Made by a program: the position numbers and the translations under genes. Under the pieces are notes generated by a model. That model made no database searches. It was not told where the DNA came from and saw nothing but the letters and a program-made list of their open reading frames with translations. Positions 1 to 11,373 of a stretch of 64,000 nt of DNA are shown piece after piece; the first letter of the stretch is position 1, and each line of letters starts with the position of its first letter. This DNA is from Squalus acanthias (lineage: Eukaryota), in NCBI GenBank assembly GCA_030390025.1, contig CM059431.1, positions 149,050,001 through 149,114,000 of the forward strand. The letters run 5' to 3'.

Positions 1-64
1 CAGTAGGGTTAGAAGGGGGGAAGAGCGCAAGGGAAGGAGATCACCCTCGAAGGGCAAAAAGTAG
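1..64 (+). CDS. 3' end of the Myb/SANT-like gene of Harbinger copy 1 (partial)
   Basis: Translates ...SRVRRGEERKGRRSPSKGKK* (TAG 62-64), matching the C-terminus of ORF 4026..4916. Confidence 0.85.
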   Translation, partial: SRVRRGEERKGRRSPSKGKK

Positions 65-376
65 GAGGTGTGACAAAATGCTGGTCATTTTTTTATTAAA
101 GGCCGAGGTTCGTAGTCCAACTTTTGTTTAGTGTTTTGGACATTATCTCCAGGTTGTGAGAACCAGTTATGTTATTGACTGTTTTTTTGTGTTTATTTCT
201 ATGAGTTTGTCATGAGGAAATGACACACACAGAGTTTGTAAAATAAATACGTTTTTGTATTCAAAATATACATGTTTGGTGTTTGGAATTATTGGTGCCT
301 TGGCCGGCTTAGGGGTTGCGTGCTGGGTTCATTGATGTTGTTAGCATTGGCAGAAGCCATTTCCACAGCAGGGGCC

Positions 377-1536
377 CTAGAAGCGGCTTGCAATTAGCCG
401 TTGACGGACGGCCCTTGCAGTTTCACCATTGTGGGCCGCCCTCCCGCCTTGGTGCTGCTGATGATCATCCTCCTCGTCCTCTTCTCCTCTTCCTCCTCCT
501 CCTCTGGTGGTGCTCCAAGGCCTGGTGGCATTGGCTGGGTCCTGACGATTGCCATGTTATGCAACATGCAGCACACAACTACGAGGTTGGATACTCGCTC
601 AGGCGAGTACTGCAGGGCTCCTCCAGAATGGTCGAGACAGCGGAACCGTTGCTTCAGCACACCGATTTTGCGCTCAATGATGTTCCTGGTAGCTTGATGG
701 CTCTCATTGTACCGCAGCTCAGCAGGGGTGTAGGGTATACGGAGCGGTGTCATCAGCCAGGTGCTCAATGGATACCCCTTGTCCCCGAGAAGCCAACCAA
801 CTGGCTGATGCGGTGCCTCGAAAAGTTCTGCCACATTAGTCTGGCGCAGGATAAAAGCATCGTGGCAGCTGCCAGGATAGTGGGCATTGACAGCGAGTAT
901 CAGCTGTCCGTGGTCACAGACCAACTGAACATTCAAGGAATGGAACCGCTTTCTGTTCCAGAATTCCTCGGCATTCTCATGTGGAGCACGCAAAGCCACA
1001 TGCGTGCTGTCAATGGCGCCCTGCACCATGGGGAAGCCCGCTATCCTCGCAAAGGCCAGAGCGCGGTCACGCTGCTTGTCTGGGGTCATGGGGAAAGAGA
1101 TGAACTCTCGTCTCCTTTTAAAGAGGGCATTTGTGACCTGCCGGATGCAGCAATGCACCGCGAACTGGGAAATATTGGCGAGGTCCCCAGCAGCAGCTTG
1201 AAATGAGCCAGTAGCATAAAAGTTGAGAGCCACTGTGACCTTCACTGCCACCGACAGGGACGTCCTGGACCTCAGTTAAGGCTGCAGATCTGGCTGCAGC
1301 AGGTGGCAGAGCTCAGTGACCACCTCCTTGCTGAATCGCAGCCTTCGCAAACACAGCTCCTCAGACATATGAATGTAGGAGAGCTGTTCACGATATACCC
1401 TGGGAGGGTAAGCTCTCCTGTACATACGCCTGTTGGCCCTCCTCCGTCTGGCCATCATTGCCACTCTCTCTCTGCGTCTCTTTGTCCTCCGATTCAGCTG
1501 GAGCAGGACGACTCCCCCAAACAGTGCAGCCCCCAT
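377..1536 (-). pseudogene. Harbinger (HARBI1-like) DDE transposase, disrupted
   Basis: ORFs 1276..1605 and 394..1251 are colinear with the copy-2 protein. In-frame TAA at 1276-1278 (CAG in copy 2) and a 1-bp deletion in the poly-Glu tract near 485. Motifs GAIDSTHV, HDAFIL, LLGDKGY, RNIIERKIG present. Confidence 0.9.
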
Positions 1537-2230
1537 AGTCTCTTTGCAAGCAAAGTAATGAAGGACAGCAACCAAAGTACCAGCGAAGTTAGGATCAGTA
1601 GGCAAAACTACCTCACAAAGCGTTGACTCAATGCAGAAGTCTCTCTTTCTCTCTCTCCGAATCTCTCTCTCTCTCTCAGAACGAGTGGTGCAAAAATGTC
1701 AACCACAGAAAAAGACAGGAAGAGGCCCCCTTTAAATAGCGCCTCCCCCAGCCCCACAGCGATTGATAGCGTTCCAGTCTTCCGGTCGTTGGATGCGCCA
1801 GGCGGTAAGGCAGGAGGCACCACTCAATTTCCGCTCCGGGGCGCCACAAGGGCGTTGCACCATGGAATGACGTCACAATCTGCGCGCGCAGATGGTCGCA
1901 GCGGTAAAGTTTAGCGCCGCCGCACAATGTCTAGTTAAGTTCCGGAGCGGCGCAAACTTCGCTGCGCCCGGGCGTTAGCGGCTTTGCGCCCCATTAGCGC
2001 CCTCTTAAGGCGCTAACGGGAGGCGCAACCAACTGAATTTTTACCCCTGTGACTCTATGGGGTAAAAATTCACTTGGTTGCGCCTCCCGTTAGCGCCTTA
2101 AGGGGGCGCTAATGGGGCGTTAAGCCGCTAACGCCCGGGCGCAGCGCTGTTTGCGCCGCTCGAGAACTTAACTTGAGATTGTGCAGCGGCGCTAAAACTT
2201 ACCGCTGCGACCACCTGCGCGCGCAGATTG

Positions 2231-2375
2231 TGACGTCATTCCATGGTGCAACGCCCTTGGGGCGCCCTGGAGCGGAAATAGAGTGGCGCCCCCTGCCTTA
2301 CCGCCTGGCGCTTCCAACGACCGGAAGACTGGAACGTTATCAATCGGTGTGGGGCTGGGGGGGGCGCTATTTAAA
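2231..2375 (+). promoter_or_regulatory. Putative transposase promoter: CRE palindrome plus TATA-like box
   Basis: TGACGTCA at 2231-2238 and TATTTAAA at 2368-2375, about 200 bp upstream of the ATG. Both conserved in copy 1 (CRE 1868-1875) and in the MITE (6467-6474, 6340-6347). Confidence 0.55.
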
Positions 2376-2570
2376 GGGGGCCTCTTCCTGTCTTTTTCTG
2401 TGGTCGACATTTATGCACCACTCGTTCTGAGAGAGAGAGAGAGATTCGGAGAGAGAGAGAGAGAGACTTCTACATTGACTCAACGCTTTGTGAGGTAGTT
2501 TTGCCTAGTTCATTCTAACTTTGTTGCTACTTTAGTTGCTGTACCTCATTACTTTTCTGGCAAAGAGAAT

Positions 2571-3731
2571 ATGGGGGCTGCAATGATTGGGGGCGTCGTC
2601 CTGCTCCAGCTGAATCGGAGGACACCGAGACGCAGACAGAGAGTGGCAATGATGGCCAGACGGAGGAGGGCCATCAGGCGCATGTACAGGAGAGCTTCCC
2701 CTCCTAGGGTATATCGTGAACAGCTCTCCTACATCCATATGTCCAAGGAGCTGTGTTTGCGAAGGCTGCGATTCAGCAAGGAGGTGGTCACTGAGCTCTG
2801 CCACCTGCTGCAGCCAGATCTGCAGCCTCAGCTGAGGTCCAGGACGTCTCTTTCGGTGGCAGTGAATGTCACAGTGGCTTTGAACTTCTACGCCACTGGC
2901 TCATTCCAAGCTGCTGTTGGGGACCTCGCCAATATCAACCAGTTTGCAGTGCATCGCTGCATCCGGCAGGTCACCAATGCCCTCTTCAGAAGGAGACGAG
3001 ACTTCATCTCTTTCCCTATGACCCCAGACAAGCAGCGTGACCGTGCTCTGGGCTTTGCGAGGGTAGCGGGCTTCCCCATGGTGCAGGGCGCAATTGACTG
3101 CACGCATGTGGCTTTGCGTGCTCCACGAGAGAATGCAGAGGAATTCAGGAACAGAAAGGGGTTCCATTCCTTGAATGTGCAGTTGGTCTGTGACCACAGA
3201 CAGGTGATACTCGCTGTCAATGCCCACTATCCGGGCAGCTGCCATGATGCTTTCATCCTGCGCCAGACTACTGTGGCAGAAGTTTTCGAGGCACCGCATC
3301 AGCCAGTTGGTTGGCTTCTCGGGGACAAGGGGTACGCATTGAGCACCTGGCTGATGACACCGCTCCGTACGCCAAACACCCCTGCTGAGCTGCGGTACAA
3401 TGAAAGCCATCAAGCAACCAGGAACATTATTGAGCGCACAATCGGCGTGCTGAAACAACGGTTCCGCTGTCTGGACCATTCCGGAGGAGCCCTGCAGTAC
3501 TCGCCTGAGCAAGTTTCGAACTTCGTAGTCGTGTGCTGCATGTTGCACAACATGGCAATCCTCAGGACCCAGCCAATGCCACCAGGCCTTGTAGCACCAC
3601 CAGAGGAGGAGGAGGAAGAGGAGGAAGAGGACGAGGATGATGATCATCAGCAGCACCAAGGCAGGAGGGCGGCCCACAATGGTCAAACTGCAAGGGCCGT
3701 CCGTCAACGACTAATAGCAAGCCGCTTCTAG
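2571..3731 (+). CDS. Harbinger (HARBI1-like) DDE transposase, 386 aa, open frame
   Basis: N-terminal HTH-like region; catalytic motifs GAIDCTHV, HDAFIL, LLGDKGY, RNIIERTIG; CCMLHN and acidic tail. AATAAA at 3893-3898. Confidence 0.95.
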   Translation: MGAAMIGGVVLLQLNRRTPRRRQRVAMMARRRRAIRRMYRRASPPRVYREQLSYIHMSKELCLRRLRFSKEVVTELCHLLQPDLQPQLRSRTSLSVAVNVTVALNFYATGSFQAAVGDLANINQFAVHRCIRQVTNALFRRRRDFISFPMTPDKQRDRALGFARVAGFPMVQGAIDCTHVALRAPRENAEEFRNRKGFHSLNVQLVCDHRQVILAVNAHYPGSCHDAFILRQTTVAEVFEAPHQPVGWLLGDKGYALSTWLMTPLRTPNTPAELRYNESHQATRNIIERTIGVLKQRFRCLDHSGGALQYSPEQVSNFVVVCCMLHNMAILRTQPMPPGLVAPPEEEEEEEEEDEDDDHQQHQGRRAAHNGQTARAVRQRLIASRF

Positions 3732-4025
3732 GGCCCCTGCCATTGCTACTAACACTAATCAACCCAGCACGCAACCCCTATGCCGGCCAAGGCACCAATA
3801 ATTCCAACCACCAGCCATGTATATTTTGAATACAGAAACTTATTTATTTTACAAACTCTGTGTGTGTCAATTCCTCATGACAAACTCATAGAAATAAACA
3901 CAAAAAAACAGTCAATAACATAACTGGTTCTCACAACCTGGAGATAATGTCCAAAACACTAAACAAAAGTTGGACCATGAACCTCGGCCTTTAATAAAAA
4001 AATGACCAGCATTTTGGCACACCTC

Positions 4026-5848
4026 CTACTTTTTGCCCTTCGAGGGTGATCTCCTTCCCTTGCGCACTTCCCCCCTTCTAACCCTACTGCTCCTCCGTAA
4101 TGGGACCTCAGTGGCTGCAGCAAGGCTGGTGGAAGGCTGCTGCTCGTCAGACCCTGACACTGCAGATGCCCCTGAAGGACGGCCTCGAACACTTCTGGGC
4201 CTGGAGGGCCCGGCTGCAGACTGCACCAACTCTGCATGGGCGGCAGCAGTCTGTCCTACAGGCGGTGGCAAGTGCAGTGGAGAAGTGACAGTGTTGGCAG
4301 CAGGAATGCTGTCATCGTGAGAGAGGACAGCAACTCCCTGCTCGCCCGACACACTGGCACTCCCACGGGGCAGCATTTCAGCATCCGGAGCAATCTGCCG
4401 GAGAACAGATTGCTGGCCTGCTGCGGCGCGGTGACAGCCCCGGGGACATGTGCACGAACCATCGAGGTTGGCAGCAGTCTGTGCTCGCGTGGCCTCCATC
4501 TGAGTCTGTATGAGAGCAGTCAGAGGTGGGATCACGGCAGCCAGTGACTGAATTGCAGCACTAAGTGTTAGTGTGGCATCCGCCTGTGCTACAGCGAAGT
4601 GCTCCACACTCCTTGCCAGTGACTCAATGCATTCGGGCACCCTTCCCACTGCACCCATGAGCTCAGTGTGCATGCCCACCGCCTGGGTGTTCATTTCTGC
4701 AATCAGCCGCTCCTCCTCTTCGTCCATTGCAGTAGGAGTGTCTGGCATACTCTCCTTCTGTGGAGAAGGCCCCCGTTCTTCCCTACCCCCCGCATGGCGT
4801 TGCTGCAGCCCGCTGGGTCTTGGAGCTTCACCATCATCAGCCCCTTCCCCCCTGCTCCCCTCCGGGGAAGGCGTGTTCCCAGTGTGGGCATGGGCTTCCT
4901 CGGGAGAGGGTGGCACTGATGCTCTGGCTTCCTCTTCCTCCTCAGCTGCAGCATCACTCCCAGTGGCAGCTTCAGGGCCCGTCTCCTCAGCTGGTGAATC
5001 ACCATCTGAAAGCAGGGAGGTACAAGAGTGGCTTTAGCGTGAGGACAGGGTGGCAGTAAGGGAGGAATAAGTGCAGCGAGTTAGTAAGTTGGATTGAAAG
5101 TGTCAAAGGCTGGTATTGTGAGGGACAAGTGGAAGGACAGAGGACAAAATGGTGATGACCTTACCATTGCTGTCCACAACGGGGTCGGCGTCTCCAGTGG
5201 CGACGGGACCGATCACCCGGCTTGCCACAATCCTGTGGACGCGCTCCTCCAGATCGCTGAGGGGTTGCAGCTGAAGCCGCCCTCCACCCGTCCGTTGCTG
5301 CTGTCTCCGATTATGAGCCAGCTTAGCCTGCAAGAAAAAGGACAGCATCTGAGTAAATATACAGCCATGGTCTTGCCTGATATGCCTCCCATAGGTGAAT
5401 AGCCCTTACAGTATACAGCCATGGTCTTGCCTGATGTGCCTCCCATAGGTGAATAGCCCTTACTTTATGCAAAGTGTAGAATGTGTGTGTGTGTTTGATG
5501 AAAGGGCCATAGGTGTTGGATGAGTGTTGTGCATTGGGGTTTTAAGACCCTCTGGCCATAGAGTGAGGTTGAGATGGAGGGAAAGAGAGGTATTGAGAAA
5601 AAGCCACTCACCCTGACGACCCGAGTGAGGTCGTTGAACTTTTTGCGGCATTGAACATGGGTCCTGGGCACCATGCTCCTGGAGGAGACGCTCTGAGCCA
5701 CCTCCCTCCACACTCTTCTGAACTCGCGTGGCAAAGGCCTCCTGCCACTCTCCGGGAACAGCATGCATCGTCTGCGCTCCACTGCGTCAACCAGAGCATC
5801 CAAGGCCCGCTCGGTGAAGCAATGAGCGCGTTCTCTCACCCTCTCCAT
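4026..5848 (-). CDS. Myb/SANT-like (trihelix) DNA-binding partner of the transposase; exons 5848-5612, 5327-5165, 5005-4026, 459 aa predicted
   Basis: Exon 1 encodes FTERALDALVDAV...WREVAQSV...RTHVQCRKKFNDL. Canonical GT/AG sites (agg|gtgagt, ttgcag|gct, aatg|gtaag, tttcag|atg) with compatible phases 0 and 1. Total 1380 nt. Confidence 0.85.
5358..5463. repeat. 54-bp tandem duplication in intron 1 of the Myb-like gene
   Basis: TATACAGCCATGGTCTTGCCTGAT... begins at both 5358 and 5412. Confidence 0.85.
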
Positions 5849-5872
5849 GCTTGGCAGCAAAATGGATTACAG

Positions 5873-6644
5873 GGGGTAAAAATTGAGTCGCGCCCCATTT
5901 GGGGCGCTAACCTCGCCGGGGCGCGACTTTTAGCGCCCCGAAAAAATTAGCGGCCCCGCGCCAGAACTTCAGTGGTTGCGCCCCAAGAGGGAAGCGGGGC
6001 GCCACTGGAAGCACCCCGCATCCCTCTTGGGGCGCTGCGAGTGAATATCCTGGCGCTATGTGCCGCAGCGCCACGCGCTGCGGCACGTCGCGCCGCGGTA
6101 TTGCAGGCCTTCCTCCCCTTCTTAAAGGGGAGGGACCCTGCGCAGCGCGAACCGGGGCCCAGCTGGGCCCCCAGGGATCGGGTGTGCCGGCAAAAGAGCC
6201 CGGCACTCAAGAGAAGTGCCGGGCTCTTGGAGCGCAGCCGGCACTTCACGGTGGGGGGGCTTCACGGGGGCCGGGGACAGCAACGGGGGCAGGTGCTGGC
6301 AGGCGGCCAGCAACAAAAATGGCCACCTGCCACCTCCCCTTTAAATATCGCCGCCCCGGCCGCACGTACGCCTCCCTGAACCCGTCGGACATAGCGTCTG
6401 GCGGTAAATCAGGGGGCGCGACTGAAGATCACGGCCGGGGCACGAGCGGGGTGCTGCGCACGGCGATGACGTCATCGCCGGCGGCGCAGCGCCACAGGGC
6501 GCTACCGGCTGCCGCCGCCGCTAACCTCCCACTAAATTTTTCGGGAGGCGTGGGCGGCGCTGCGCCCGGGCGTTAGCTGCTTTATGCCCCATTAGCGCCC
6601 TCTTAAGGCGCTAACGGGAGGCGCAAGCAGCTGAATTTTTCCCC
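5873..6644 (-). mobile_element. Non-autonomous Harbinger MITE (~772 bp) nested in copy 2 in opposite orientation
   Basis: The 5873 end resembles the host right end (GGGGTAAAAATTGAGTCGCGCCCCATTTGGGGCGC) and the 6644 end resembles the host left end. CAG flanks at 5870-5872 and 6645-6647. No coding capacity; GC-rich with palindromes. Confidence 0.82.
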
Positions 6645-6989
6645 CAGGTCTCTTCAGGCTGAGATTCAAGGCTGCAATAAGCAGGGTGTGGCTGGGGAGC
6701 AAGTGGCCCCCCGCTTTAAGAAGTGTCCGGCGCCAGTGTGTCTGTGTTCCCTCGCTAACTGGCAGCAGCTGGGCTGCGCTCGTGCGCTGTGTTAGCGCCT
6801 CACTCCTTGGCCTTTGCACCTTAAGACAGGTGTGCCGCGCCTGCTTTACCGCTCCACTCACCTCCCGGGGCGGTAAAAGTGAAGTTTCCTGTCAGTGCCG
6901 ATAATTAGCGCCAGGCGCTAATATTTGCGTCCAGACGATATTTGCGCCCCAAATGGGGCGCGACCTAATTTCTACCCCTATGAATCTAT

Positions 6990-7885
6990 GACTACATGTG
7001 GAAGAACTAGTTTTGGAAGGATACCTGTAGTGTTAGAATGTCTGGGAGGATGAGTTGCGGAAGGATTTATTGTGGAAAGTAGGTGTGGGAGGACTAAGTA
7101 TGAGAAGACTCGGTGTGAAAGGACAAGTTGTGGTACGACTAGGTGTGGGAGGACTAGGTGTGGGAGGTCTAGTCCTGGACGCACTATGTTTGGGAGGGCT
7201 AGATGTGGGAGAACTAGGTCTGGGAGGACTAGGTGTGGGTTGACTAGGTTTTGGTGGATTGATGTGGGAGGAGGAGTCGTGAGAGGAATAGTTGTGGGAT
7301 GTCCAGGTGTGGGAGGACGCGGTATGGAAGGCCTACTTCTGGACGGACTAGGTTTGACTGAACTAGTTGTGGGAGCGCTAGGTGTGTGAGGACTAGGTGT
7401 GAGAGGATTAGGCTTGGGAGGAGTAGGTTTGGGAGGACTATGATTGGGAAAGCTAGATGTCGGAGGAGTATTTCGGTGAAAAATGTGGGAGAGTAAGATG
7501 CGGCAGCAATAAATGTGTGAGGACTAGTTGTAGGAGGACAGGTTATGGCAGGACTAGGACGTTCCATTTGCTGTCGGAGGACTAGGTGTCAGAGGGCAAA
7601 GTGGGAGGACATTGTGGGAGGACCAGTTGTGGATGTGGAAGGACTAAGTTTGGGAGGACGAGGTGCTGCTGCTGGAGGTGTGCGAGGACTAGGTGTGGGA
7701 GGACCCGGTGTGTGAGGACTCCGTGTGGAAGGACTAATTGTGGAATGACTAGGTTTGGGAGGACTAGATTGGAAGGACTATGTTTGGGAGGACTAGGTGT
7801 TGGAGGACTTGGTGTGGGAGACCTCGGTGTGGAAAGATTATTGTGGAATGAATAGATGTGGGAGGACTCGTTCTGGGAGGACGAG
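6990..7885. repeat. Degenerate 15-bp minisatellite (AGGTGTGGGAGGACT)n
   Basis: Unit visible repeatedly; produces the RTRCG pentapeptide ORFs. Confidence 0.85.
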
Positions 7886-8225
7886 GTATAGCACGGGTTA
7901 CGTGAAGAGTAAAGGTGCCTCTACACTCTCCCATCATACACTCTCAGGGCAGTTACAGCATGGGTTAAATACAGAGTAAAGCTACCTCTGCAGGATCCCA
8001 TCAAACTCTCGCAGGGCAGGAACAGCACGGGTTAGATACAGAGTAATGCTCCCTCTGCACTGTCCCATCATACTCTCCCATGGCAGCTACAGCACGGGTT
8101 AGATACAAAGCAAAGCTCCCTCTAATGTCTCCATTCAAACAGAGCCAGGGCAGGTACAGCACGGGTTAGATACAGAGTAAAGCTCCCTCTACAGTATCCC
8201 ATCAAACAGTTCCATGGCAGGTACA
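7886..8225 (+). repeat. 67-bp satellite (CAGCACGGGTTAGATACAGAGTAAAGCTCCCTCT...), left part
   Basis: CAGCACGG at 8023 and 8090 (period 67); array resumes at ~17853. Confidence 0.88.
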
Positions 8226-9089
8226 TCATAGGATCATAGGGCAAAATATTCAGCAGCTAAGCGCCAGAAGATATCGCCAACGGGGAGCTCGAGCATTATC
8301 GCCGGGGAAATGGTTCACTGAAATGCCATGAAATGATTAACTAAACATGGGCTGGAAGCCTGGTAAATCAATAACCAGAGACCAAGTCCAAAAGGAGAAG
8401 GGCTCCCAACCGTACCACAACGAAATCAGTGCGACACAGGGATACGACTGCCGCTCCTCGGAAGCGAGCGCAGTCGGCTGGGGTAAGGTTCAAGGAGTGA
8501 GGGCTGCCCACCAGCGGTGGAAACCGCCCATCAATGGCAGAACTGGTTTTGCTCCGGAGTTCAGAGTCCCATTTCCTCCGGGGATCGCTGGTTGGAAAGC
8601 TCGGTCCCTGGCGCATTCTATGTCGTTGCACTGGCCTCAACCGAGCAAGGGAAAGTGTGTAAAGGGCGCTTCAACAGACAGCCCGGCTTTAACTGCGGCC
8701 GGTCGTCGGTGATTACTTCGGAAGGCAACATCGGATCTGCTAGGAGTCAACGGTGGGTGAAAGGGCTTGCGGAGCTAAACAGGGCAGTACCGTGCCTGTG
8801 TGGCTGCGCCTTGGCCCGGCGAAGTGACAGCAATGAGGCGGCCGGCCGCTTTGCAACTGATAGATTCCGCGAGCTGGCGACCGAACTCCTTGATTGCACC
8901 ATTTCTGCAAGCCAAAACGAACGGGCGTCCAGCCGTACTCGAACTCGATCTGTCGCACACATGGAAGCTTGGCGGGTGTCCCTGAAACCTATGGAGGCGT
9001 ACCCGGCTGAAAAAGTTGAAATCATGAAGCAAGATGTCGCGAATAATGCCCACTGTTTAAGGTCGAAGTGGGACATGGTTAACGGAAAA

Positions 9090-9410
9090 GCAGTGAAATG
9101 GTTAACTCAAAAAAGACTGGAAGGGAGGGAAATCAGTCACCAGAGACCCAGTCGGAAAGTAGAAATGATTAACCAAAGAAGATGGGAAATGAGTAACCAA
9201 AGAAGGTGGAAAATGATTAATCAAAGAAGCTGGGAAATGGGTAACCAAAGAAGCTGGGAAAAGATTAACTAAAGAAAGTAGGAAATGATTAACCAAATAA
9301 GCTGTGAAATGGGTAACCAAAGAAGGTAGGAAATGATTAACCATAGAAGCTGGGAAATGATTAACCAAATTTTTAAACTAGCGTTTAAAAGTTTGGAAAT
9401 GATTAGGCAA
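9090..9410. repeat. 24-bp tandem array (GGAAATGATTAACCAAAGAAGCTG)n
   Basis: Direct repeats, seen as EMINQRRW-type octapeptides in ORF 8517..9272. Confidence 0.85.
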
Positions 9411-9986
9411 ATAAACTCAAATAACACGGGGAGGCTAAAGTCCGACTAGGTCAGCTGGTGAAACCGCTAGGGGAACTGATTCAGCAAGTTGGAACTGTTT
9501 TCAGCAAAACCAGAAGAGAAATCAAAATACCTGCCCTGCCGCCAGGGGCAGCATTCGACTGTGCATGGCGATAGGTGTCAGAAGCGGGCGGCTGCCCTCC
9601 GTGAGTACAGAGATATTGCCTCTCAATGTTTGAGCGAAAGTACGCAAGCCGGAAGATCTGAACTGATTTGCGAGAAATTAGTTCCAGGAAGTTGTTCACC
9701 AATGTCAATTTCGTCCCGCTGATTGGGTACCTGCCTTTCGGGTACTTAGGGGTTGGCGAGGTATCTGCAGAATGGTTGGAGGCGGCAAATGGAGTCTGGC
9801 GGGGAGGAATTCCGTATCGCCCAGATTGGGGCGGTAACTTTTGTAAGGTGGGAGATTTAGTGCAAGGAGCTAATGATTCCCATTTTATAAATAAAATGGG
9901 TTTTAGAGCTCCAGGTAGGAAGTGGAGTGCTAAGTCAAGTCTCTTAATGGGAAGACACATCGCTGCAGGCTCTGCAAGGCGAAAAC

Positions 9987-10163
9987 TGGACTATTTTGAG
10001 GATGTAACTGGTAAAAAAGATAAGGGAGAACCAGTGGATGTGGTGAATTTGGAATTTCAGGAGGCTTTCGATGAGGTCCCGCATAAGAAATTAGCGTGCA
10101 AAGTTAAAGCACATGAGATTGGCAGTAAGGCACTGATCTGGATAGAGAACAGGTTGGCAGACA
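9987..10163 (+). mobile_element. CR1 RT fragment fused to the 28S segment
   Basis: Encodes FEDVTGKKDKGEPVDVVNLEFQEAFDEVPHKKL, the CR1 LDFxKAFDxVPH motif. Confidence 0.85.
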
Positions 10164-11373
10164 GGGCGAAGCCAGAGGAAACTCTGGTGCAAGTCCATAG
10201 CGGTCCTGACGTGCAAATTGTACATCCGACCTGGGTGTAGGGGCGAAAGGCTAGTCGAACCATCTGGTGGCTGGTTCACTCTGAAGTGTCTGGTGCACGT
10301 CCACATGCAGTTCTATCTGGAAAAGCGAATGTTTCGAGTTTTTGTGGCCGAAACAATAACAACCTATTCACAAACTTTAAATGACTGATAAGCCCGACTC
10401 GCTGCTTGGAGCCGGGCGTGGAATGCGAGTGCCTGTGGGCCACTTATGCTAAGCAGAACTGGCACTGCGGGATTGAATCGAACGCTCGATAAGACGTCCA
10501 ATCCCGACACACATCAGACCCCACAAAAGGAGTTGGTTGATATAGACAGCAGGACGGTGGCCATGGAACTCGGAATCCGCTAAAGGGTGTGTAACACCTC
10601 ACCTGCCGAATCAACTAGCCCTGAAAATCAATGGCTCTGCTTAGTTGGGACAATACCCGGCCGTAACAGGCAATGGAGAGCACGCGGGGGATAGGCCGCG
10701 GTGAGTAGCAGGTGCAGATCTTGTTCATCGTAGCAAATATTCAAACGAGAACTTTGCAGGCCGAAGTGGAGAAGAGATCCATGTGAACAGAAGTTGAACA
10801 TGGGTTAGTTGGTCCTAAGAGATAGGCTAACCCCATTCCGATGGCCTCCTGTGCCCTCAACCGATTGAAAGGGAGTCGGGTTCAGATCCCCAAATCCAGA
10901 GTGACGGAGACGGGCGCCTCATGGAGTCCAGTGCGGTGATGCAAACGATGCTGCAGAAGTAGGTGGCAGACCTGGGGAAAGTTCTCTTTTCTTTGTGAAG
11001 GGCTGGGCGCCCTTGAGAGGGTATGTCCCGAAGGAGGAGCCCGTGCCTTGCAACCGTCGCGGTTCTGGTGGTGAGCTCTCACTGGCCCCTGAAAATCCGG
11101 GGGAGATGTTGTAATTTTCGCAGCCGGGCTGTATCCATATCCGCAGCAGGTCTCCAATGTGAACAAACTGTGGCATGTTAGAACAACGTAGTTAAGGGAA
11201 GTCGGCAAGTCTGATCCGTAACTTCAGGATAAGGATGGTCTCTAAGGGCTGGGTCGGTCGGTCTGTTTTGAGAAGCAAGGCTGGGCAGGTGTTGGAGCTG
11301 GACGCGGCACCACCCTCCGGAATGGTGCTGACTCTGTACGTGCGCGGGCCCTTCCTGTCGATCGCCCCAGCTG
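10162..11373 (+). pseudogene. Decayed 28S rRNA fragment (upstream of R2)
   Basis: Recognisable LSU motifs GGGCGAAGCCAGAGGAAACTCTGGTG, ACAGCAGGACGGTGGCCATGGAA, TAAGGGAAGTCGGCAAG, with many substitutions and small deletions. Confidence 0.92.

Larger units (their letters stand above)
1..2047 (-). mobile_element. PIF/Harbinger DNA transposon copy 1, cut by the left window edge; inverted relative to copy 2
   Basis: Reverse complement of 2059-~4090 along its whole length. Left-type end GGGGTAAAAATTCAGTTGGTTGCGCC reads on the minus strand from 2047. Contains a transposase pseudogene and the last codons of the Myb-like gene. Confidence 0.93.
2059..6978 (+). mobile_element. Complete autonomous-type PIF/Harbinger transposon copy 2 (transposase + Myb-like gene, convergent)
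   Basis: TIRs GGGGTAAAAATT (2059-2070) and AATTTCTACCCC (6967-6978). 3-bp TSD TAT at 2056-2058 and 6979-6981. Subterminal TTAGCGC/GCGCTAA repeats; two-gene layout typical of Harbinger. Confidence 0.93.

Noticed and set aside
316..3707. Long ORFs 316..1206(+) and 2901..3707(-)
   Set aside because: Antisense shadows of the transposase frame; no independent motifs.
2059..6645. Parsing copy 2 as ending at ~6645, where the inverted repeat is longer
   Set aside because: Flanks TAT vs AGG/CAG do not match. The nested parse gives two matching TSDs (TAT and CAG).
8347..9272. ORFs 8347..8712 (MGWKPGK, G-patch-like) and 8517..9272
   Set aside because: G-patch GLG motif absent and a stop lies just upstream. 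The second ORF runs into the 24-bp repeat; no recognisable domain.
9668..10240. 190-aa ORF
   Set aside because: Chance chimera of unknown DNA, a CR1 RT fragment and 28S sequence.
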